A DNA stretch of 64,000 nucleotides from Callorhinchus milii (lineage: Eukaryota), in NCBI RefSeq assembly GCF_018977255.1, contig NW_024704743.1, positions 49,726,001 through 49,790,000 of the forward strand, read 5' to 3'. The position numbers and the translations under genes are program-made. Positions 40,001 through 53,500 of the stretch are shown here, one piece after another. Position 1 is the first letter of the stretch, and each line of letters begins with the position of its first letter. The notes beneath the pieces are model-generated. The model did not search any database, was not told the origin of the DNA, and saw nothing but the letters and a program-made list of their open reading frames with translations.

Positions 40001-43000
40001 CAGATAAAAACAGAACTTTCTTTATAAAGACAAGCTGATGAATGTGGTGAGTCTAAAATCCAATTACACATTCTGTGTGTTTTTTCATCAGTGGAAAGCA
40101 ATACAGATTTTCAAAACAAGTGAATTACCGATAGTAAACTGATGGGAACAGAATATAAATTAGCAAATGAAATGTCTGTGAAATTCACACTTTCCATCAA
40201 AATTGCTGCTGCACAATAACCAGTCAGAAATCTGCTTGGAGCTTTCTGTTAAAATGAGAAATAACTGCAGCGTACACTTCTTGGAGAGAATAGGCTGTCC
40301 AATTAGTAGTACATTCAATATTCATCACATCAAATGGAGCTGAATGTATGTGTCACAGACCCCACTCATCCCAGTTCTCAGTAGTGAAGTCTCGGGAGTC
40401 AGCCTTCTGTATTAAACTTGGATCTTGTGGCTTGGACCACCAGTTAGATTATTATTATGAGAGTATTTTTTATTAAGAAGCTGTTAACCAGTAACCGCTG
40501 CACGAGCCAGAAGCCCAATATTTCTAGTCCAGCTTCACCGACTTTGCCATTGAGAATGGTGTTGGTGGTTCCCTTGTCCCACCTCAATTGGTGCATTCAA
40601 AATGCTAAATATTGAAGAAACTGATGAATTGACCCCAGTGTGAATTTGGGCAAAATATCACACTAGAGCCCAATTGTGTGCTCTTAAAACATTCAAAACT
40701 TCTCAGCAGGATTCACCAGATGGTGATGAGAACCAGGAACTTTAGCCCACAACAGTGAAAGCAATTTTAGTGCTTGCCCAAGCTGAGCCAAGTTATCTTA
40801 GCACTGCCCAGAAAGCCACCATTCACTTTTCTGGTCTGTATAGTGCAACACTGTGCCACACAGGAAATTTACTCACTGAGGCATCAGCTGCCACTATTTC
40901 TAAGGGTCATATCAGCAACCATTTATTTTTTGAGTCTGAACAACCTCACTCACCTCGTTTTTCCAATTTTGAGCCAAGAAATGTTCGGCCACATGAGCAG
41001 GAAGCACATTTTCCAACAGCACCCTGTTAAGGTTTTCCATGGTTTCTATCTCTTCACATTCTCTTTTGAATTTGTTCTTCCATAGGAAGTCTAACCTACA
41101 GTAATATTCATTCTGTTACAAGAGGACACAGAAGTAAAGAAACAATAGACAACTTATCAACTGACCGAATTATAGAGACGATCAAAGATCAAAAGACCAG
41201 ACCAAAAGAACTGGTTTCTAAGGCAGAGGATATACATTTTAATACATGCCAAAGCCTTCTAATATAAAAGCTTTGATTGCAAAAAATAAACCCTCCCTAG
41301 TAGATACCACATTAAAACTGAACATAACACTGAATTCAAGCCAAATTTTGAGTAACATTTTTTGCATACACATGGTAAAAGAGAATTGGGGTATAGGAAG
41401 GATGGAGGGTCGTTTGGAGTATAAACATGGGCACAAGCTGGTTGTGCTGAATGGTCTGTTTCTATGACATAGTTGCATGTAAGACTTTTAAGAATTTAAA
41501 ACTTTTTAATTGGATTTCCCGGATTTAAACATGAAGAATTTGAGCAATCACTGAGCTTTAAATGTTCTGAATGAGATGATTTTAAAGAGGACATATTTTA
41601 CTAAAGGTACCTCTGTGCAAATACAGTGTAATTTCATGGTAATTTTGCAAAGCGAAACTGCAGATTATACAGACAGCAAGCTTTATGTCAATACTTAAAT
41701 GATCCTTCAATTCTAGGTACTTAAATTGGCGGTGATTATCCAGGATTACACTTCAAATTTCAAGCACCTCAGAAACCACAGTTTTAGTCTGTTGTCATAT
41801 TTCACTGTCTAATTGGGATAATGTGGTGCAAATTGTGACCCTTGATGTGATAATTAACACATGTTATAATTATAACCTGCATTAATTATCATGTTATCAT
41901 TAAATGCAGTTACTGAAAGAACAAACTTATATTTTTATGGTACATTATGTGTAGAAACACCTCAATGTGCTTTAGAGTAATTATGGTCAATTGTAGTTAC
42001 TGCTTTTCTTAATCAAATGCAGCAGCCATTTTGTGCCCAGTAAAGTCCAACAAACAGCCACAAGGTGAAAGATTGATTAATGTCTAATCTGAGAAGTTGC
42101 AACTCCAACAATGCAGGATTCTTTTGTACTGTATTGAACTGCCAGCCTAGGCTGAGCTCAGCACTCAATGTGGAGCTTGAACTCAAAATCTTCTAAGCAA
42201 CTGAGCCAAGCCAACCTATCAAGACGAGTCGATAACTTAAGACCTGCTTTGCAAGTGATCTTCCGTCACCAATGATAAACATCGCCAGTGTTAATTAACA
42301 TATCACAGGTTACAGTGTTCACCTCATTAACAGAAAATCAAGGAAATCAATGCACATACATTTGGCTATTTCTTCTGGTTAGACATAGTGACATTTGAAA
42401 AAAACAGCTTTGAGGCATACTGTGGAGTCCTGTAGCTCAGTGGCTAGAGCAATAATAATAAAAATTGGTCACTTTAATCCACGACTGTTTGTGTGACACT
42501 GCTGTGTGCAATTGGCTGCCGCGTTTCGCCCACAAAATATACAGTCAATTCACTTTACAGGATATTCTGTGAAGCACTTTGAGACGTCTCGGAGACGTGA
42601 TAAGGCGCTACATGCTACAGTGTGTTCTGTGAAGCGCTTTGGGACGTCCTCCCGACGTGAAAAGCGCTATATCAAATGCAAGGATTATTATTATTACATC
42701 AAATGCAATGATTATTATTATTACTGTTAAATTGCACAAATGCAGGCTTGACAGATTATGAAATCATTAGAAAAACAATGTTTCAGAAATGTGTTCTTTT
42801 TTTGCCAATTTTAGGGTTTGTCAAGGTGTGAAATATCATTCCTGGAGAATGGGTACTCCACCATTGACATTCAGTACTAACACCAAACACTCTCAGATCA
42901 GGTATAGTAACTGCTTCATTAGGATTGGAGTAAAAGGATTTCTATTCAGTGAACGATTTACTATGTGTGGGGTGGAGGGGAGGGGGGCAAATCTAATTGA

Positions 43001-46000
43001 TAGGACTTGCACTGTTTTTCCATAATTTTTCCATAATAGTGCTTGAGATGTCTTAACGACCTGGTAAGGCGCTAGTACAAATGAAAGGATTATTATAAAA
43101 TGACACGTTTTGCTTAACTGTGAATTAAATCTGAGAGCGGCTGCGGAAGAGGCAGCCATGCATCGGGAGGATAAAGCAATGAGGGAGAAGAATAAAAGAG
43201 CCTTGTTTTAAAATTACCTCAATTACTATCTATCAATTACATGTAGGATGGAATACTTTATATATTTGCGTGCATGGTATTACATTTTTGAATAGAGATA
43301 TTTATAAACAAACATAAAACAGCTTTTTAAAAATCAAAATCAGCTGTTAAAATAATAAAATCTGGTCATTCACTGCATGGCTGTTTGTGGAACATTGCTG
43401 AGCACAAATTGACTGCCACATTCACCCACAAAGTATGCAGTTATTCCATTTTAAAGCATATCATTTGAAGCACTTTGGGACATCCTCCTGAAGCGAAAGG
43501 CACTAAACTCTACTACCCATATTCTCACCCACACAAAACTCTGCTCCCCGATCACCCCAGTCCTTGCCAGACTGCACTGGCTGCCTGTCTCAGAGAGGAT
43601 CGACTTCAAGATCCTCACCCTCGTCTGCAATTCCCTTCACTCCTCTGCACCCCCTCTACCTCTCTGACCTCTCTCCTCAAAACAGTGCCCGTTGCCTTCT
43701 TTCCTCCAGGTCTGGCCTCCTGGTCCCCCGAGTCCTCCGCTCCACCCTCGGTGGCCGTCCCTTCAGCCACTATGCCCCGAGGCTCTGGAACTGCCTTCCT
43801 CACTCCCTTCCCATTTTCAGGTCTCTGCTGAAGACCTTTCTTTTCGTCTACGTCTTTGGTCACCTTCCTCCCCCTCCCCCTGGCTTGGCCCCGGGATCCG
43901 TTACTGTGAAGCGCTCTGAGATGCCGTCCGGCGTGGAGGGCACTATATAAATCCAAGATGTTGTTGTTGTATATCAAATGTAAGGTTTATTATTATTATG
44001 AATAATAATTTCTTGATAAACATATTTTGGAAAATTGTTTTGCCAAATCCATTTTGGGGATCTAATGTATCCTATCCCCTTGTGTGACATTTGAGTGTAA
44101 ATTGTAGATTGTAAAACATTAGTTGCTCTGTTATTTCTGAGGCTTCAATTTGATTCCAAAATTATTCCAGCATTACACATTTGTGTTGTTCATCCCCTTT
44201 CGTGTCCAGGTAGCTTTTTTTTTTCTAAAGCCAAAAATTCATTGAATTCTGTCCTCACCTGTCTAGCTAAAACAAGGAGAGTTGCGAAGAAGATAAAAAG
44301 AGAGATGGAGCCCATTGTCTTCAGGTCCTTCAGCACGCCAGGCCTAGCATTGGGAGAAGATGTACTGCTTAGTCCATTGAAGCAATATTACAATACTATA
44401 CTGATATTACTATGCTGGCATTAGAAATTCAAATAGGCTATTACATGTCAGCAAAGAAGAATCAATGTAATAACTGTACTCATACATATGTATATATTTC
44501 TATATTTGCATGTTTTATTATATTTTAGAAACAAGTTAGTTCGAAACAAAATTAAATTGTCATTAAAATTAGCCACCTTGAAAATATTTTACCCAAATGC
44601 CTCTTCGGTGTTATCAAGGGTATTCCTATGTTATGCAGTACTGAAGCTCTGAATCGCTGTATCAAGGTGCTACTATTCTGTGGTGCCATATACTGTATTG
44701 TAATGGGTACAGGTTTATTCATGGGAAAGGTCCAATTAGAGGAGAGGCCACAAAGATCGGCATCCTATTGGGTGCTCGGGGCTGGACAGAGAGGCTGGCG
44801 AAACGTTGCAAATGTCTATGGGGATTGAGGGGGTGGGAGGTGGAGGAGGTGTTAGAGCTGGCTTTAGGAGAATCATGAGAAGATTGGAAGTCAGTCAGTC
44901 AGTCTTAGTCGGTCAAAATAACTTTCAAAAGGGATAATCCATGCTCCCTTGGAAAAGGGAAGCCTGTAGATACTCCCTGGGGGAGTGTGGAGGGCTTTAG
45001 AGGTCCAGTCTGCAGGAAGGTTGATTCCGGAGATGAGCAGGTAGGGAGTCACCCCTTGCCTTGGGTGCCATCTACATGGTTAACCTGCTGTTGGTGTTGA
45101 GCCTATTAACGTCAACCTGCTTGCTCACCAACTATGTCTGGTTTTGATGGTTTCTATATCAACACTCTCATGCCTGCTACAGTTTTATTCGAGAATATTG
45201 CCATGATTCACATTATTTAGAACAATTCATGAGAAAAGTCAATACATCAGTGTCTTTAAAGATAGGAATGGATTTATATCATTAAGGACGTGATGATAAA
45301 CAGAAAACAACTCAACACTCTAGGCTATGTGATCCGAGCAGGGTGACTTTACCTTTTTATTTGTACAGTTCTGTAAAGCATCTTGCTATAATCATCAAAG
45401 AGCGATGTATGGGTTTGCAGAAGGATGACATTATAAACCACTACTGCAACCAGCATCATTACCATCTTTAGCTCATAGTTTATGCGGAGGAACACAGAAC
45501 AGGACATCAATCCAAGGATACAGCTGTACAGAAAATACTGAAGGAGAAAGGCAACACATTGAAACCCTCTCATAATGAATGCCATTTGAACAAAACTTCC
45601 TGTTTTCTCCCATAAAAAACTTTGCTACAATATTGCATTTCATTCTTTGGCAAAGTTTGCCTAGCTGAGTCTTGCAAATGGGTTTGCTTATTTATGAATC
45701 AGTTTACATTTATCCTAAATCTTAACCCTTGCCACTGTATACTTTTGTCAGGACATTCCCAACTGGGCACAATCAATGCATATTCACGTGCCACGCTACC
45801 TCCAATGCCCAACTTTCTGCAGGTTTAAGATTGTCAGCAGCCTCTCCGATGATATGACCTCCATCAAGCTTCACGTTTTTAACTTATAACTGGCTGTAAA
45901 AAAATCAAATAACTACAAAACTCATGGCCTACCCCCTTTCCAAAGTGGACCATGAGAGCTGGAAGAAAGGTGCATTGAAGGTAGGAAACTAAACTGAAAA

Positions 46001-49000
46001 GCAGAAAAAGTTTAGAAAAAGTAGAAGAGATTAAGAATAGAATGGGTACAAAATGGTAAAAAAAATGAAGGGAGTCAGTGTGACATACCTCTAGTTACTG
46101 GAAGGAGTTTCCATTTTTGTAAGTTAGATTCCCTATTAAGGAATCAATTTAAGAAATCCAACATTTTAGACCCCTGAATTAAATCAGAAAAAAAGGACAC
46201 TGGGTGGTTTTTTTTCGATCAGCCAAATGTCTGACACATGCAGAAACTCATCGCCATGCTTAGGAATACCCAAACCAGGCTGAGAATCCCACATATGTAG
46301 GTCACTTACACATGGAAATATCCCTGTATTTGGAATGGAATGCACACTTGCTTACTTAATTTCAAAAAGTCTTTCATGGCACAGAAACATTCACCCATCT
46401 AATCTATGCCAATGTTTATGCTCCACATGAACCTCCACCCTTCCTTTCCCCCCATCTATACCTTTCAATCTAATTATTTCTCATGTATGCATCAAGTTTT
46501 CTCTCAAATACATTACGGTTATTTGCTTCAACCACAATGGGAGTGAGTTCCACATCCTCACTACTCCCTGTATAAAGATTTTCCTCCTAAAACCCTCTAT
46601 TAGATCGCTTGTTAGGCACAGGTAGATGAAAGCCAGGCTTGGGAAACTCAGTATGTGTTGAGGTACCAATGGATCTCATCCAACGGAAAGTGCTTAGCTT
46701 GCCATTGCTAGCAATGTCTGGCAAGCTGCTATTTGTTGAGCAAGGACCACCGTATCTTGCCTTGTAAGAGTTGAGTGACGAGTACCCTTGCCCTTAGTGA
46801 CTAATCTATGCCTTTATATCCTGTTGATATGCTGGGATAGCTGATCTGTCATCAACCATTCCTTGGAGTGTTGTTAGGTTAGTTCCCTGATCGTATCATT
46901 GAATACTCCTCTAGTGAGTCACTTCAGAAGCCTATAGGGTTCAATGTAGGAAGGTTGTTAAATTTACGAACCTTAAAATTTTTGTTGTCTCCTTTTATAG
47001 ACAGATTAGGAGCCTGATGATAGGACTTTTGCAAGAAAGATCATTGTATTCTCTGGTGGTCCTTAAATTTACAATGTTTTTCTTTGGTCATCCGAGTATC
47101 TGACACATGCGGAAACTTATCACCATGCTTAAGAGTATCCAATCCAAACAGATTTCCATGCATCCCACCTACACATGGAACTTCCAGAGAACTTCCACTC
47201 TCACCCTAGAGGTCACATCCTGCTTACCTAATTCCAGAAAGTATTAGGCACAGGTTGAGAAGAGCCAAGGCTTGTGGACCCCAGTGTGTGTGTTGGGGTA
47301 CTGCAGTCTAACCAGTTAAAACCTCATAGGTAGCGATGTCTGGCAAGCTTTCCTGCTCTTATTCAGCTAGGACCACCCTACCCGTTATGGTTGTGGCTTG
47401 CAGGGTTAACAGGAGCTCAGTGGGAAGAATCCCTGCACCAGTAACTGGTCTGCCCTTCCATGTCCTGCCAATGAGCTGCCTGGCTCAGGACCCAAGACTG
47501 GCACAGAAGGCAAGCTTGAATCGGACATTCTGTTGCGAAACATGTCATCTTGGAGCTAGTTCAGCTCCAAGGAGACTCCGTTTACCTCCCCACCAGGAGG
47601 ACTGTCATACATTTAAAATGTGACAGTGTGAACTTGAAATAGGATTCTCCCATTATAAACTCACCAGGGTCCATGAATTTACTAACCTTCAGAGAAACCC
47701 CCTAATGATCCTGTAAAGTAAGATAAAAGCAGGTATTTCCTTAGACTGGAGTTACATCGGTTCTAATGTGGGTTTAAATTTGTGCTGCGAGACTGTAATT
47801 AAAATGTTCCTGTGTTGCATGTGGAATTTAATATATCAAAATACTGTAAAAGGAGATATATGTGTGCAAGGAGAAAGGGCAAAAATTGTGAAAGCCACCA
47901 GAGAACGATTTTAATTAATTTTGCACAAGTCAGCTTGTGTGAAGTTCTTGGAAATGCCTTCCCGATGTGAAAAGCACCATATAAATGTAAATTGTTGCTG
48001 TGTGAATTATTTATTCGAATAGCCTCATAAATAATACAATACAAATTTATATTTATATTGTACCTTTCATGTCAGGAGGACATGCTAAACCTTAATAACA
48101 GAAAGTAAATAATAAATAACAGGTTAGAGTTTGCTAAAAGAGGGCTGACAGCAGTTTGTGCAGTGAAAAGCATTTGCCTTGCCACCTCTCCAACTAACAA
48201 TCACCAGTAAGTCACAAGACTATTTAGTAGGTGGCAATTATTGAGCGTTCCACAAATTTTATCCTAATTTATGAAGCAAAGTGATGTTAAGTTCAATCAT
48301 ACTTACAGGCAGGAAGAAGTGGTCATTACGCTTGAACTGGGCCTGACCATTTGTAAATGATAAGCTGGAATTTGTATTGTTGCTGTAGACGGAAGGAACC
48401 ACTGAATTCTTCAAAAAAAACTGTAGGGGGGAAATGGCAGGAAAAGCAATCAACTGTTAATGGTTAAGGTACAAACCTTTATTTGGAATAGTAAAGGTCT
48501 AATTTGGGGTAAGTCATAAAAGGTTTCTTAATAGGAAATATGCATTTTCTAAAACATTAAACGTGCTGATATACATTAAGAAACACTAGGTGTAAATGTG
48601 TGATATCTCATAAAAAATGTGATAATTATAACATTGATAGAAAAATTGTTAATGCCAGTTTACCGGGGTGGGGGGGGGGGGGGGAGAGAAGTGCCGGGAA
48701 GGGGGTAAAAGGTTCTATGACTGCCTAGTTAAGGAGCTGAACATTATAGAGAAATTCATGGCTGAAAGCAGAAATAGCTGAAAGTAAAGAATGTTTTAGT
48801 TAACTTATACCCCATTAGGCTTGCTTTCCAAACCACCATCTTAATTTCTTCTATGAATGCTTGTGCTAGCAGGTAACAGCCATAAATGAATGATGGTCTT
48901 AAAGCAGTCTAAAATGACAGAATTTACGGAGTAAAGTAATGCAAGTCTGCAATTTATCCATTCATGATGGTTAATTAAGGTTTTCACATTGTATTTTGAA

Positions 49001-50528
49001 TTGCTTGAAAAAAGCCCTGCAGAACATTGCTAGGATTTTAGTATGGGTCACGGAACTCTACTTTCCAAATTCCGTCATTAACTCTACAAATGCATGGCTG
49101 GAATTTTCGGCCATGGATCTGAAATGACACAAATTTAACTTCCATTTCAGAACCAAGCACAATAAGTGTCGGATACGTCAGTACAGTATTGGGGGAATGT
49201 TGCAATGCCAGAAATGCTGTCCTTTGGATGAGACATTAAAACAAGTTCCTGTCTGCCTGTTCAGATTGATGTTGAAGATCTCATGATACTATTTGAAAAG
49301 AGAAGGCAAAAGAACTGCGGGGTTGATACCAGTTCTGGATGGCTTGTATGATATCAATTTCATTAGGAACTGGTAGCAGAGGAGTCTAACTATCATAATT
49401 AGTCCAGAGTTTTGAAATTCTCCCTCTTTTCACCCTGAAACTCAATGTAAAGGAAGCTCTTCCTTTCTCTCTTTTTCTCTCGTTCTCTGGTTGTTACCAG
49501 ATGTTAGAGAAAGTGATGGTTTTAGACTTGTATTGACAGCAGGTCCAAATGAGGTGAAGTTCCAAGTTGTAAAACTGCCAGTAATATTAAACATAATGGG
49601 GTCCAATACATTCTAGGATGAAAATTATGATATACAGTGCAATATCTTTACACAATGGACCAATACCCAGTTTCTAGGTATTGGTCCATTGTGATGGATG
49701 TCCCACAGTATTCTGTTCAATGGTCTCACGAGGAGACATTGTCCATTGTGAGTCACGTGGATGTGACTCAAATGGACAATGGCTGAAGATCCCAGTGTTA
49801 AATCACCAGTTAGAAGGATATTGTTTTTACTTGATTTTATTGTTTAGTTAAACCTGAATGTTTGGATCAGACGGCTTTTGAGTGCAACCATTAAGAAAAG
49901 TGCAGGGGGAAGTGCCTCCAGTACACCACATTACAATGTGTAATCATCGACCGTTTAAAACAGTCTCCACGTGTGACTGTTGAAAAGAATACCGGAGGAC
50001 ATAAGATCATTAAATTCACCTATAAATTAGTCACCAAACTTTATAGTAAGTGATTTACAATGTCCTCTTGACATAAAAGGCATTATATCAAGGATTATTA
50101 TTATTGATAGTACATTCTATGGATGTGCTAATTAGCACTATAAGTGTTAATTATAGTAAAAATTCTGATCACACATCAGAATTTTTTATCCCTTTGTTTG
50201 TTAGCTCAGCCTATAATGGAAACAATACATGTTAGTCACGTCTGTGTATGAAAGGTGAGTACTTTGTGACCTCCTCCCATTACACTGTCCCCGCCTTTCC
50301 CATTGCTCAGTGAATGCTGGCCTGATTCATGTCCCATCAGCGGGTGGACTTTTAGCCATTTTGCCTCCTCTCTCTGCAATTCCATCCTGGAGGTGAGCTC
50401 AGGGAGGACAGAAACCTCCCATTGAGCAGAAGGGCAAAAATATAATTTTCGCTTGAATATAATTTTCTGTATTAATACAGACCGTGAAAGCGGGGCCTCC
50501 CAATCCTCTGGGTTTCTGAGTTTTAAGC

Positions 50529-50560
<32 letters not shown>

Positions 50561-53500
50561 CTTGTGACGGCCAAGTGTTCATAGTGACATATTTTTTTGT
50601 CCTTTGATGTCTGCTCTTCCTATCAATGTGAAGCAGAATTCACCAAGCTTTGGATTATTCTCTCACTCACTAATGATGGAGTCCTGTAACTCAGTAGTTA
50701 GAGCACTCGCTTTGCAAGCGAGAGACCTGAGTTCAATTCCAGGCAGGGCGAAACCTTGGGCAAGTTTCCTTACTCCACACGCCTAATAATAATCCCTCCA
50801 AAACCAAAAAAAACAATAATAAATTGGTCATTTTCAATCTACGACTGTTTGTGGGACATTGCTGTGTGCAATTGGCTGCCGCGTTCACCCACAAATATAT
50901 ACAGTCAATTCACTTTACAGTATATTCTGTGAAGTGCTTTGGGACGTCCTCCCGACGTGAAAAAGCGCTATATCAAATGCAAGGATTATTATTATTAGTA
51001 GTAGTAGGGAATGTAATTGGGTTTAGACCATCGTGAGACAGCTTAGCTTTATCCTACTGATGGTGTGTTGTTGCAATCATAATCTTGCTCAGTCCCTGCC
51101 TCCCTTCTTTCAAGGCAAATTTCTTTCAAGGTACATCTTCAACTATGTTTTCAGTCATTTTTCCCCTCCCTGCCCCACTCGGCCTCCAGCCCCCTCGGAT
51201 CCCACCCTCAGATCAGCTGCCCATCCAGTACTGTGAGATGATTTCAGATGGCCTCCTGGGTGAAAGGCTATATAAATATAAATGTATTTTTTTGCATTGT
51301 ACTCATAGATTCTGGTTGGATCCATCTGAACAACTTGGCAAATGAATATCAGAACCAATCCTCGATGGAGGTCTAGGTTAGTCCAATTCCTGAGCCAGGT
51401 GTGTCCACTGTACTTCGAGTACTGTTGTTGACAGACAAGCTAGCCTAGCTGGTGGGTCAAACTGGTCACTGGGAACAGTTCACTGGGAGAAATTTGGCAA
51501 ATCGTTGTATTCAGCCTTAACTTCCATGTTGGTTTAATATCATTCTTAAGTGAAACCTACAGAAAAAATGGCTTCAAAATTATGGTTGTATTTAAGAATA
51601 TGCCAGATTTCGGGCTATCTAAGACTAAATGGTACATGAATTTCTCCCCAAACAAGATTTAACCCCAACCTCTTTGCTACACCAACGGTGACATTTCTAT
51701 TTTCATGCTTTTGAATGAGATTGCCTCAGTATTTCGATTGGTATCGAGACTCCATCCTCAGTCAGGGACAGAGTGAAATCCAGGTTGCTGAGGTAATAGT
51801 AACCCTTGTATTTGATATGATAATATTCGTTTTGTAGAGCAGCTTATTACATCGTTGAAGCATCTCAACGCACCTCACAGGATTTTGCTGAGAAGTGTAG
51901 TGACTTTGCATGTGAAGGCAAATATAGCAGCCAATTTAAACGCAGTAGTGTCCCACAAACAGTCATGAATGATTATTGCATTATTGAGATTCCCCCAATT
52001 GAATTATTCACTAACTTATAAATAGCTTTTACTTTGCTAATTAAATGCTCTAATTTTGAAAGTTGAGCTCATTGAGGTGATCGGTAAGAAATAAATCCAT
52101 TTGGACATACAAGGGAAGAGTCAATGCTCTAAAATCCAGGAAACTGCCTTTAATTCTCTTTATTGTATCCTGTACTTTCAAGGACATCATTCATTTTTAC
52201 TTTCAATAATAAAATCCGTTCAATTTCAATGTGAGTTTTCTGCAATACAGTGTTTGCAGTGTGACAAACTTGCTTTCACCAGTTTTGAAAGCATCGGTGA
52301 TTTAATTCTTGTCTCTCTAAGTCATTTTCTTTATCAAAGTAGCTGATCACTCCCTTTGTGATCAACAAATCACTGTAGCCAACAACAAGACAGACACAAA
52401 GGGAGCAAAGCTTTATGCATGTCTAGGACATGTCTGTGATATACTAAACTTTACTGCACATGGAGCATTAATCAAAGAGTTTGATCTCTGGTTTGATCCT
52501 TATGGGTACTGATGGCTAAACTGTGCATTGCTCCGGTACTTATTAAGTGTTAAGGGAACGAGCTATACAAGAATCGAATAGGCAAACTAGGGCACTTCAA
52601 TATTGGAAAATAGATATCTCTGAAGGGACCATACAAAGATATTTAAGATTTTAAATTGAGCAAGCAAACTCAGATAATTGCTTTAGGATACACTGAGACA
52701 GCAGAATAAGAGGTCAAAGGGTTGCAAAACAACAACAACAACAAGATTCCATTTATTGAGCGCCTTTCACGTCGGGAGGACGTCCCAAGGCGCTGTACAG
52801 TTGGGTCAGGACCCGAGCAGTGGGGGAAATGGTCAGGGTGAGGGGAGGGAAGGGAGGGAGCGAGGAGGGGGTAGAGAGTTGAGAGGGGAGCTGAAGGCAC
52901 GGTCAAAGAGAAAGGTCTTGAGACCGGCCTTGAAGGAGGAAAGGGAGGAAGCAAGGCAAAGGCATTGGGGGATAGAGTTCCAGAGCCTCGGGGCTGAGAG
53001 GCTAAAGGCCCGGCCACCGATGGTAGGGCGGTTGGGGCGGGGGATGTGGAGCAGACCGGAGCCAGAGGAACGGAGGGTACGGGCAGGTAGGTAGGGGGAT
53101 AGTAGGTCGGAGAGGTAGGAGGGAGCAAGGCCATGAATGGCCTTGTAGGTGAGGGTGAGGATCTTGAATTCGATCCTCTGGGGGATGGGGAGCCAGTGGA
53201 GGCGAGCGAGGGTGGGAGTGATGTGGTCCCGAAGTCTGGTGCGGGACAGTACACGAGCTGCAGAGTTCTGAATGACCTGCAGCTTGTGGAGGGAGGTGCC
53301 GGGAAGGCCGGCGAGGAGAGAGTTCCCATAGTCCAGCCTTGAGGTGATAAAGGCGTGGACCAGAGTTTCAACAGCGTGAGGGGTGAGGTAGTGCCGTAGT
53401 CTGGCGACATTCTGGAGGTGATGGAAGGCGGTGCCAGTTGTGGGGCGGATATGAGGGGGAAAGGACAGTCACTATCAGGACACTCAGGGTTTTTTATATA

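Noticed and set aside
50385..51093. Functional rRNA gene
   Set aside because: It is short, mutated at universally conserved positions, interrupted by a SINE and intronic.
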